A stretch of 64,000 nt of DNA, from contig NC_089435.1 of the NCBI RefSeq assembly GCF_026210795.1, positions 1,550,001 to 1,614,000 of the forward strand. Reading direction: 5' to 3'. Position numbers and translations under genes: made by a program. Numbering within the stretch: position 1 is the first letter of the stretch; the number at the start of each line of letters is the position of its first letter. The notes beneath the pieces were generated by a model. It ran no database searches, was not told where the DNA came from, and saw only the letters and a program-made list of their open reading frames with translations. Source of the DNA: Rhizophagus irregularis. Taxonomy: Eukaryota. Positions 52,880 through 64,000 of the stretch are shown in pieces.

Positions 52880-52917
<38 letters not shown>

Positions 52918-53872
52918 TTATATATATTAACAAGTTAACATTAAACATGGCAGGGAGCTATAGTCATAGTATAATTAGAACTGTAATAATTCTGACTTTT
53001 TTTTTAATTAAGTTGGTTTATACTACCATACAGTATCATAATTATGATAAATAGTTTTTAAGATTTAAAGAGAATTTCTAAATTTTAACTGGTGGAAAAA
53101 TTACTGGTAGATCATGTGATTGTGTATTAAATATTCATGTGATTTATTATGATGATGCAATTTCATTTGGCTCGCTTCGCTCGCCGGGCTTTTCTAGCCA
53201 AACCATAACTTTCACTTTATTTGCAAAATTTTTGATTATATTTAACATATCTATAAAAAAAAATGAGAAATTACTCTTAACTAGCTATTAACATAATTTT
53301 TTTCTCATTTGGTAAAGGATGATCATTTTCGGTTTATTTTACTTGTTAATCATTTTTGGCTTAGTTATTTCACTTGTTAATCATTTTAAGGTTAATTATC
53401 TTGATTGTTTATTTTTTGGTTTAAAAATAAAAAAATATATATATCAGAATATGTGATTAACTTTAAATAACAATACAGAAAGATTGTTTATTACTTGATA
53501 AAGCATTTATTTAATATTTACTATCATCATTTTTGGAATTACGGCTCTGGAAAAAAATTTTTCACGATTATATTGTAATAAAACAATTCTACTATCCGAT
53601 TGCTGATCATTTTTAGTTCTGGAAAATTATGATAACTGAATATCATAATAATAAGACAATGATAATGAAATTTTACCATTTAGTTGTTGTTTATTGTTTT
53701 GTTTCAAAATAAAAAATTACTTGATATAACATTTATTTAATTTTATCATCCAATTGTTGAGAAAAAAAATTTTATGATAACATTATAATAAAACAACAAT
53801 TTTATTATCTGATTGTTAATCATTTTTAGAATTACTACCCTGAAAAAATTTTCATGATAGCATTATAACTAA

Positions 53873-54581
53873 AGTTGCCTGCCAAAACTCTACAGGCTAT
53901 TGTCGAAATGTTGAAACTAAAACCTGTAGAAATGCCGAAATGCCGAAATAGTTTTGACATGTCAAAATTGTCGAAACCTAAAAATATTACGTTTCACGTA
54001 ATAACTCGGCATCCAATGATCGTAGAAAGATGCACCATAGCTCGTTGGAATCGTCTCATAACGACGGGTCGAATGGTGGCTAGATCGTCTTTATACGATC
54101 ACTGGATGCCGAGATATTGAGCGAAACGTCAAAAATCAGCATTTTGTATTTTGCGATACTGCGCCATTTGACGTTTCACTTAATAACTCGGCGTCCAATG
54201 ATCATAGAAAGATGCACCATAGCTCGCTGGAATCGTCTCATAACAACGAGTCGAATGGTGGTTAAATCATCTTTTTACGATCATTGGATGCCGAGATAAT
54301 AGATGAAACGTCAAACGGCGCAGTAGCGCAAAATACAAAATGCCGATTTTTGATGTTTCGCTTAATATCTCGGCATCCAGTGATCGTAGAAAGACGATTT
54401 AACCAACATTCGACTCGTCGTTATGAGACGATTCCAACGAGCTATGGTGCATCTTTCTACGATCATTGGACGCCGAGTTATTACGTGAAATGTAATATTT
54501 TTAGGTTTCGACAATTTTGACATGTCAAAATAGTTTTGACAATTTTGACATGCTAAAACTCCCTTATTTCGGCAGGCAACT
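53873..54581. mobile_element. Fold-back non-autonomous element with internal ~180-bp repeats (two direct, one inverted)
   Basis: TIR AGTTGCCTGCC / GGCAGGCAACT with CTAA/TTAA flanks (Kolobok-like). Units at about 53990 and 54170 direct, about 54355-54490 inverted. Confidence 0.7.
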
Positions 54582-55089
54582 TTAATTATAACGATAATGT
54601 AATGACGACGATAATGAAAATTTACCATTTGATTATTGTTTATTTTTTTGTTTAAAATAAAAAAAAAATGTATCTATATTTAAATAAGTAATAATACAAA
54701 CAAATTGTTTATTTACATAATATTAAAATTTGTCATCCGGTTGTTGATCATTTTTGGCTAACAAAAAAATTATTCAGTTTTCACATGATTTGCTAAAAAT
54801 TTTATCCCATAATTATTAAGCAAGAAAGATCATTCTATATAAGTGCAATATCACCCTATGGGTGGGTGGGTGGCGCGTCACGTTATTGTTATGACTTGAA
54901 ATGATTGACATGTCATGATAGGTTAACGTTAACTTAACGTTAACATAAGATTAGTTTTTGAGTGATTTCCATTTTAAGATGCTGATCCCCCATCTTTGGT
55001 ATTGATTTGCTGATTATATAAATACATTTCAAATCAAGCTTTTCTATTTTAGTACGATCGGCAACCAACAAATCTTTTAGTGTTTTAAT

Positions 55090-57067
55090 AATATTTTCAT
55101 CATCATTGTCGAAACCCATATGTTATTTATCTATTTCTTCACATAATGTATTTTTTATTCGACATAATTCTTTAAAGAGAAATTCATTTAAAGAAGGTTT
55201 TAAATTATTGGGAAATCAATTTCAAGAACTTAACAAAGTATTAGAATTACATTTACATTTCCAACTCCATCCACATTTATATATACCTCCTGATATTCAT
55301 CATCATGAATATATGTGTTTATATAAATTTAATATTATAGATAATTATATTGATTTATCAATTGACAAACCTCACTTATATTATATCAAACAAAAATTAG
55401 AAACTTATGTTGAACGAGAATTCCATTGTTATACAGATGGTTCAGTTAAAGATTTAGGTAAACCTTCTGTAAGTTTAGTTTATGGAACAACATTTTACAC
55501 ACCACAAAAACAATTTATAGATCAATTTTATTCAAGTGGAGAAAATAATATTTCGGTAGTAAAGTCTGAATTATTACCACTTTTAATCAGCCTAATAGTA
55601 ATGCCGAAACAATCAACAGTTCATATTTTTACAGATAATGATCAAAATTTTTCAACATTCCATAAATTACAGTCAAAAAATTTTAAAATAACACCAAGAC
55701 AATATTTTAAAATGATAAATAATGGAATCCTTTGGCAAATAATAATGGAAATAATAGAAATTTTATCTTTAAATATAACCTTATTTAAAGTACAAGCACA
55801 TGCCGAAGATATATATAATAATTTTGTTGATCAACAGGTAGCACGTATTCATGATGAGGTAGATCTACATAGTATTAACATAAGAAATCAACCACTTCAG
55901 CTAATACGATATATCCCTAGTTGGAATAATGTTATTATTGAAAAACCATTAAGAAAATTTTTAAGATTAACAACAAATGTCACCAATTTAGAAAAATTCC
56001 TAAATCTTAATAGGAATGCGAAATACCGACAACTGGATATAGATATTAAAAATACTTTTTCTCTTTTAAAAGGAGAAGAAGGATCTTTATATACTACATT
56101 TGCTGAAAATAAAATAAGACGAAGGAAAATACAGTTAATGATAGAAGAACTTCCCTGTATTCACCAAATCCAAAAAAGTCTGAACAGCCTTTATAAGGAT
56201 AGATTATGTCCAATATGTGAGAATGAGGAAGAAGACTTTAATCATATATGGTTGTGTGTAGACCGATCATTAGATATGTTAACTTTAGTATCGTCAACTA
56301 AAACAGCATTGAAAGAATCTATATTATCTCATATAGATAACAATGAAACACATATAGATAATCTAGAAATTAATGATCTGGATATTTGGGATATAAATAT
56401 AGATAATAACAAATTTACATTTATAGACTTAATAAAAGGCTTTATCCCAAAAAATTTGTCACATTTTATAGATCGTTTCAGCAAACAAAAGAAATTAACA
56501 TCAAAAATTTTATACCAATTTAGAATGAAAATGGGTCATCATATTTTCCATGAATATTGGTTGAAATGTTGTCAAGAAATGGAGAAAAAAGACAAAGATT
56601 TAGGAATTAATAAAAATCTAAAGAAAAGGCATTTTGGTGTTGATTGTTTATATAGATTAAGACAACAGTCAACAATTAATAAATATGAAGATTTAATAGG
56701 AATTAGGAACAATATATATTATGGTAGTGATATATTAGGATACTACGATAGTTGTACTCCTTAAAATAGTATTGTTACAGAATTTATTGTATTTTATTAA
56801 TTTATTTTATTTGGTGCCTTTCAATTACAGTACTATTTAAGGTGAGTCTGGCCTTTTTTCTGCGAGAAAACTGGATGGATTTGAGGGTGTAGCTAGTGAT
56901 TCAACTCACGTTTGCTTATCCTGATTGCATGCCCTTTGTCGTAGATCTTAGTGTAGCTAATTTCTATTAATTTTGTAGTATTGTAATTTTTATTTTTATT
57001 TGTATTTTATATCTTATTTAATAAAGTTAACGTTGTGTACATCTTAAAAAAAAAAAAAAAAAAAAAA
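55090..57067 (+). mobile_element. 5'-truncated copy of the same LINE (RNase H to poly(A))
   Basis: Near-identical to about 50929-52913, with a few substitutions (protein R>H, Q>L, R>C, Y>F). Poly(A) 57046-57067. Confidence 0.95.
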
Positions 57068-57190
57068 TATATTATATATATTAATTATATATATATATAT
57101 ATATTATTGTTTTGTTTTATTATTTATAATTATAAATATGTTTTCTATTTATATTTCTATATTGTTTTATATATTGTTTTATATTTATAA

Positions 57191-57220
57191 CTAGGTGTAA
57201 CCCGTCGCGCTGCGCCGGGG
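57191..57220 (-). mobile_element. Helitron-like 3' terminus
   Basis: On the minus strand, a GC-rich hairpin (CCCGGCGCAGCGCGACGGG) shortly before CTAG-T. A similar + strand end is at 53169-53198 (GGCTCGCTTCGCTCGCC..CTAG). Confidence 0.5.
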
Positions 57221-57649
57221 ATAAAACTTCTTAGTATTTTGATAATAAATATTTACAATATGGTAAGGTTAGACTAATAAATTTATATAATTTATATAAT
57301 TTACATATTTAATTCTATTTCATCATTTTTAGGTCCTTTAGTTCTTCCAGTAAGGTTCAGTTGTTTTTCACTTTACATTTCGTTTTTTACTCATTTTTTT
57401 ATTTTTTATTTTGTTTCTGTTTCATATTTCGTTTTTCACTAATTTAATTTGTTTTTTTTCAGATATTTTAGTTCTTTCAGTTCTACAATCAATAAAGGTA
57501 TTTTTTTTATTTTTTTTTATTTTTTTTTATTTCGTTTTTATCTTATATTTTATTTCTTACTAACTTCATTTTTTGTTTACTTTATGGTTTATTTTTTACT
57601 TTGTTTCCTCATGATCACTTTTTATTTTTGTCTCTCATCATTTTTACTT

Positions 57650-58450
57650 TATACTACTTCTCATTATTTGTCTCCCATTATTTTCTATTACATCTTCATT
57701 TTCCATTATTTCATTTTCTCTCCTATTTACTTCCCATCATTTCTTTTGTCTCTCAATCACTTCTTTTCATTTCCATTACTTCTTTTCGTCTCTCATCACT
57801 CCTTTTTATCTTTCATCATTCCTCTTTGTCTTCCATCACTTCTTTTCGTCTCCCATCACTCCTTTTTGTCTCCCATTACTTCTTTTGTCTTCTATCACTT
57901 TTTTTCGTCACCCATCACTTCTTTTCGTCACCCATCACTCCTCTTCGTCCCTCATCACTCCATTTTGTCTCTAATCACTCCTTTTTGTCTCCCATTACTC
58001 CTCTTCGTCATCCATCACTCCTTTCCATCACCCATCACTCCTCTTCGTCCCTCATCACTCCTTTTCGTCTTCCATCACTTCTTTTCGTCTCCCATCACTT
58101 CTTTTCGTCACCCATCACTCCTCTTCGTCCCTCATCACTCCATTTTGTCTCTAATCACTCCTTTTTGTCTCCCATTACTCCTCTTCGTCATCCATCACTC
58201 CTTTCCATCACCCATCATCCTCTTCGTCTCCCATCACTCCTTTTCGTCTTCCATCACTTCTTTTCGTCACCCATCACTCCTCTTCGTCTCTTATCACTCC
58301 TTTCCACTCCTCTTCGTCTACAATCACTCCTTTTCGTCTCCCATAACCCCTCTTCATCTTCCCATCACTCTTTTTTATCATCCATCATGTCCTATTTTTC
58401 CTTTTTGTTTCCTATCACTTCTCATTACTCTTTTTTACTCCCTTTCTTCT
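57650..58450. repeat. CT-rich ~22-bp minisatellite (CCCATCACTCCTTTTCGTCT-like) with a 180-bp higher-order duplication
   Basis: Tandem degenerate units; 57911-58037 recurs at 58091-58217. Confidence 0.9.
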
Positions 58451-59854
58451 TCTATTACTTTCCATTACTCCATTGTTATTTCATTTTTTTTATTAGCATC
58501 TTTCTCCTTGATCATTGTCATTTACTTATCTTTTTTATTTATTGTTATTGTTTTTTTTATTGTATCACTTCATTAAAAATAAATACAGTGATTTTTTTCT
58601 TTAAAATCGAAAATGTGGGACTTAAATTTTAAAAAATTTCATTTAATAAGATTATTTTGAATAAATATGTTTGCAAAAAAAATTTTTTAAGAAATATCTT
58701 CGCAATAAAATTTTGTTTAACCGATCAAAAATTAGCTAAGTTAAAAAAATCTATACGTTTGCCGATCAAATAAATGGCCTTAACTTTTAAGTTTAAATCA
58801 GGCACTGAATCATGCTACACAATTCAAGATTATTTATACAGACTTAATCTAAACGTTAGAAGATCGACATGTATTTTTTTATAGAAGATGATTCGGGGCA
58901 AAAATTTCCCCTTGCGAACAAAGGTTGTTTAAATATGTTTTTTACTTTAGGGTTAAATAATAATAAATAATATAATTAAATAACAATAGAAAAATAATAA
59001 ATATTACTTCTGACTAATGATAAAAATTACCAAGAATACTGCGGATGGTTCGGTAGATCAGTATTGTTTACTGCTGACAAGTTTTTTTTTTTTAAAAAAA
59101 AAACTAATCATTTTTATTTTAGTATGATTGTACAAATAAAAAAAATATATTCGAAATAATTTCTCAACATTTAATTCCAGTTAATTAATTAAAATAAAAT
59201 AACTGTTTATAAAAATTTCCATTTAGTCTTTTTAAATTAATCTTTGGACAAAATTTTTATTATAATTCTTTAGAAACGAAAGATTCAAAATGATCAGCAA
59301 CCTTACTGCGGAATATTTTTTATTATTGATCGAACTAACTAAATAAAATAAATTCTGCGCATAATCTATTCCATATTTATTTATTTGATTGATTATTAAT
59401 GTATTTTTTAGTTAGATTTGTTTGGCTAAATTCTTTTTTACTGAGAATAAACAATTTTTTATTTACAATTTTTTTTTTTGCTTTTTGCTGACATTTTTTT
59501 TTTACCGAGATTTTTTTTTTTAATAACAATTCCTTTTTTGGTTTATCGCCGTTTTCGAATTACTGTGATCGGCAATTTTTTAATTTTAATAAAAAAAATT
59601 GATTTCCAGAATTTCAAAAAAAAATTGATCACGTTATACATATAAAATTGTGTAAATTTGATCTACGTAGTGTTAAGCCATTATTGTATCACATTCGTTG
59701 TATTTTTTTGCTATTCGCTTCGTGTTTTTACAAGTAACTTAGAGACCGATTTTAACTGATTCCTAATCGGCTCCAACCCTTCTATCCGATTTCAAAATAT
59801 TTACAGACAAAAACCATAATAAATATATTTTTTTTTTGCTAAAAGACCTCAAAC

Positions 59855-60943
59855 ATGCCTCAAGAATTTAGCGAAGATTTATGCTGGCGTATTATTTATC
59901 TTCACATTGATAGATTTTCTACTGCAGATATTGCTAATACATTATACGTGAGTAAGGGTTTTGTAAATAAGATAATAAGGAGATATAACCGTTGGGCATG
60001 TGTTAAAAATCCTTTCAAAGGTATTCCTGGTCGTAGAAAACTATTTAGTAGAGCAGATATGGCTGTACTTAGAAATCTTGTAGCAGAAAAAGCAGACTGG
60101 TATTTGGACGAATTAGTATATGAAATGGAGTGTCTAACTGGAAAAAGAGCATCTATTGCAGCTCTTTGGCGTTCACTTCAATACATGGGAATTACTCGAA
60201 AAAAAGTAAGTAATTTATTTATATTATGAATTTTTGAAATAAATATTTATTTTTTATTCAATACAGTTACATAAGGCAGCACTGGAAAGAAATGATATTA
60301 TACGTGCACATTATTTAGGTGTTATTGGTGAACATTACACCCCAAACCAGTTGATTTTCCTTGATGAAAGTGCTAAAGATGAGAGGAGTCTATCAAGATT
60401 ATATGGATATTCTCCTCGCAATATACGCGCACATAAAAAAGTTGTGTTTGTACGAGGAAAAAGATATACAATTTTACCTGCTCTTACATTAGAAGGATTT
60501 GTTGCTGTTGATATATTTGAAGGAGCATGTGATAGAAAAAGATTTGTTGATTTTGTTCTTGATCAAGTGGTAAATAATAATTATACAAGTTTATTTATTT
60601 ATTTATTTTATATTCTAATTGATAAATTTATCTTTAGGTACCAATAATGAACCCATATCCAGATAATAATAGTGTAATTATTATGGATAATGCAAAAATA
60701 CACCATGACGATGAATTAATAGCACTATTAAGAGGATTAGGATGCCATGTTGTTTTTCTTCCACCATATTCACCTGATTTCAATCCTATCGAAACTGCAT
60801 TTTCAACTATCAAATCATGGATCAGGCGTAATCGTGATTTTATGGAAGCTTATAATGATCCTATACATGCATTATTAGTTGCATGTAGTCAAATAACGTC
60901 TCAAATGGCACAAGCATTTTTTGAAGCATCAATTTATATTTGA
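59855..60943 (+). CDS. DD34E transposase (IS630/Tc1/mariner superfamily), 3 exons, about 319 aa
   Basis: Exons 59855-60205, 60267-60569, 60638-60943 splice in frame. HTH-like N-terminus; IFLDES, IMDNA..H, LPPYSPDFNPIE with 34 residues between the second D and E. Confidence 0.92.
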
Positions 60944-61070
60944 TAATCAATTTAGAATAAAAAAAATAGAAATATAACCAATTTAGAATAATAAAATAAA
61001 AAACTGGAACAAGAATTTATATTTGAAATATTATCTTTATTATATTATATGATAATCAAAATACATTAGG

Positions 61071-62840
61071 TCAATATTGTTGCGCTGCTTGTTTAATATT
61101 TTTTTGCCATCCAATTTTCACCACGCCTAACTTTTGCAATTGCTCATCTGTTAAATCTTTTATAGCATTAACTGTAATTTCTTCTTCAAGAAATGCATCT
61201 TCAAATTTAGCATATATATTATTACAATTATATTTCAGGTCTAAGTTATTAAGAAACTCACCAATTGATGGTAATTTGCTTGATGAAGGTAATTCCAAAT
61301 GAGTATTTGTCGGATTTTGATAAACTTGACTTGGTAATTGAATAAAAATAGGAGTAGGCGTATTGGATGTTTGACTATTTTGCATTTGCGTTGCAGAATT
61401 ATTTTTATTGATAAATACACTTGATTTCATATCAAATACTGGATAAGATGGAGGAATATCATAGGTTGTTCCTTTGTTTATCTAAACAAAATTAATAATT
61501 AGTAGGTATCATTTTTCATTTGAATTTATAAAAAAGCATACTTTACATACAATTTCACGAGCCCAAAGTTGTAATCTAGAAGGATTAAGCTGCAAATGCC
61601 GACCATCTTGAATAAAACATGGAGTAGAATGTAAATCACATTTATACATTTCAACCAAATCAGCAATGACTTCAGATCTTCTTTTCTCCTCTTTTGATAA
61701 ATCATCTTCTCTTAGTGAACGAGATTTCTTTTTCTTTTTGGTTTGTATTTCAATTTCTTCAGAAGATGATCTAATATTATCATCAGAATGCTAAAAAATT
61801 ATAAATGTTAAATATTTTTGCCTATTATCTCGCATTATACATAAAATACTTTACCTTTTTATGTTTCCTATTTTTTTTTCTGTCACGTTATTCTTCACAA
61901 TTACTACCACTATCACTGACATTTTTTTCCCAGTTAATGTTACCTTTTGATATTCACTAATAAATTCCTGAAAATCCAATTTATCTTCAAGTGTATTTGA
62001 TGGTCCACGTGCATTTACAGCTTTATACGAAATAGTATAACTGTATTTTGATTTTGTTTCTTTTTCTAGAATTTTTTTAGTTGCTAAATTTATTTTTTCT
62101 GTAAAATTTTTATAACTAGCAGGCCGAATAGTTAGAGTTTTTGCTGTAGGGATTTTTATATTATTATTTTTTACAACTAATTGTATTTTTATTTCCTCAA
62201 TAATATCAACTTCTTCATATTTTTTATTGTCATTATCACTTTCTTCATCATAATCTCCATTATCATCGTCTTCTTCATAGTTTTCATCATTAACATCACT
62301 ATCTTTGTCATAATAATCATCATCTTTATTATTAAAATCTTTATCATCGTCTCCTTCATCTTCTATTTCATTATCATTGTCTTTTTCGTTTTCTTTCTTA
62401 TTATTATAACTTCCCACTTTTCTTTTACTATTTTCTGTTGGCAAATCATCTATTGAAATGATTTCTTCATTGTTTATCTGAGCTTTCCTATTGCTTTTTT
62501 TGTTACTTTTTAGTTGAGATTTTTTATCACTAGTTTTTAATCGTTGAAGTTTACTATTACAAGCACTGCAAGTAGTATAGGAAAAGTTTTTTTCAAAATT
62601 ATTATTGTAACCAAATTTAGTATTTATATCTAGTAAAAAATTATTGAGTTTTGGAAAAATTTGGTTTGTAGTATAAGCACGTTGATATATTTGTTGTCCA
62701 TGCAGTGGTTTTTTAACTCTTGATATTTTATCTTTCTGACACTTGCACGGATTTTCTTGTGGAAGTTTGAAACAACGCAAACACTTTTGACATATATAAC
62801 AAATACCGGGAAGGTAATTGCAAGTTAAATTTTCCGCCAT
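61071..62840 (-). CDS. Transposon-borne accessory gene: Cys-rich N-terminus, acidic tract, CxxH..C..H motif, C-terminal SAM-like domain
   Basis: Exons 62840-61855, 61790-61551, 61481-61071. C-terminus FLEEEITVNAIKDLTDEQLQKLGVVKIGWQKNI is SAM-like. The exon 1/2 join needs one extra A in the A9 run at 61871-61879. Confidence 0.7.
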
Positions 62841-63754
62841 TTAAATAACTCCAAACGCGAAAAATTACTTCAACTTCTTTTTCGCGTAAGTATTATATAA
62901 TCTATTTACTAATTACTATATTAAGTAAATGACCAGTTTTATAAAAAATTGACCAATAATTATTTAGAAAATTTTACAAGGAATATTTGCATGTGTTTTG
63001 GCTTATTTTTAGGTTGTTTTCGGTTATTTTCGGTGTTTTCAGTATTTTTTAATTATAAATGATCGACATCACCTGATCACAGTAATTCGAAAACGGCGAT
63101 AATATTTTTCTTAGATTTATTTTTAATAATTTTTTTTTAGATTTTTTTGGTTAAATTTTTTTATCAACAATAAAGCATTTTTTTATTATCAATTTTTTTT
63201 TTTCTTAACATTTTTTTTCGCTGACATTTTTTTTTAATAACTAAATTTCTTTTTAAGGTAATTTTTTTTACTTAGATTTATTTTTTAAGTTAATAAGCTT
63301 TTTCTGTTAGATTATTTTTTTTCGGTTAGATCTATTTTACCAAAAATAAACTATTTTTTAATTTTTTTTTTTTGCTTTTTTGGCTTACATTTTTTATTTT
63401 TTTGATTTCTTTTTCGGGTTTAATTGTTTTTTTTTTTTTTAAATAATTTTTTTTTGTTGGATTTTTTTGATTAGACTTTTTTTACCAAGAATCTTTTTTA
63501 CCAAGAATTTTTTTTAATAATAATTTCCTTTTTTTGGTTTATTTTACCGAGAATCTTACAAGATATACTTTTTTTCTGATAATAAATAAACAAATGAGAT
63601 CTTTTTTTTTTAAATAAATAAAATTATGACATGTTAATTTTTTTGTTTTTTAGTAATTTTTTTATTTTTTAATAATATAGATTTAAATAAAATATAATAA
63701 CCAATGATTTTTTTATTTTTAAATTAAATCTTCAGGTTGCATCTTTGGTTTTGA

Positions 63755-63865
63755 AACGGAAGATTCAAAAGGAGCAACCTTGCTGCGGGTGATAGTATAT
63801 TTTTTATTATTGATTGAACTAACTAAATAAAATAAATCCTGCGCCTAATCTATTCCATATTTTTA
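63755..63865. repeat. Direct repeat of about 59273-59380 (unit of a T-rich repeat array into which the Tc1 element inserted)
   Basis: Shared GAAACG.AAGATTCAAAA..AGCAACCTT.CTGCGG..GAACTAACTAAATAAAATAAAT.CTGCGC.TAATCTATTCCATATTT. Confidence 0.75.
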
Positions 63866-64000
63866 TCAGATAGAGCTATTTATTTGATTGATAAATTATG
63901 GCGCGCCAATGTGGACAGATTGGTATTTTATTAATACCAACTCCTGCTATTTAAATAATACTAGCTCTTGTATTTTAAAATTACTGATTTTGCCTAAAAT

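Larger units (their letters stand above)
44943..52913 (+). mobile_element. Full-length APE-type non-LTR retrotransposon (LINE)
   Basis: ORF1 + ORF2 + ~280-bp 3' UTR + AATAAA + poly(A) 52885-52913; 17-bp TSD TATATTATATATATTAA (44926-44942, 52914-52930). Confidence 0.95.
59546..63099 (+). mobile_element. Tc1/IS630-type DNA transposon with two convergent genes
   Basis: Perfect 25-bp TIR TCGCCGTTTTCGAATTACTGTGATC (59546-59570 / 63075-63099); TA on both flanks. Confidence 0.9.

Noticed and set aside
53875..54628. Repeated short ORFs (ITRHPMIVERCTIARWNRL)
   Set aside because: They reflect the internal repeats of the fold-back element; no domain evidence.
57449..58632. 375-aa and 343-aa ORFs
   Set aside because: Stop-free by-products of a CT-rich minisatellite; low-complexity translation.

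Overview
AT-rich, intron-containing eukaryotic DNA. The gene content (tyrosine-kinase-like kinases, BTB-BACK-TLDc, F-box/LRR-like genes) and TE landscape suggest an arbuscular mycorrhizal fungus (Glomeromycotina, Rhizophagus-like); this is an inference. The standout is 20.8-29.2 kb, which has no ORFs and looks like a ~100-bp AT-rich satellite. On the minus strand every unit is an intron (GT...CTAAC...AG) plus a 3-nt exon. Read by hand, a 49-nt first exon (ATG at 29216), 81 consecutive 3-nt microexons and one 1-nt microexon splice without a stop, and in frame, onto a kinase domain (20723-19377). The predicted product is a 490-aa, 86-exon kinase whose N-terminal membrane segment and RKKKK motif are encoded one codon per exon. 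The left half also has two conventional kinases, a BTB-BACK-TLDc gene and two damaged F-box-like genes. The right half is a TE nest: a decayed Kolobok-type DDE+RecQ element, a MULE pseudogene with three MITE insertions, an intact full-length LINE plus a truncated sibling, Helitron-like remnants, and a Tc1/IS630-type element carrying a convergent SAM-domain gene.
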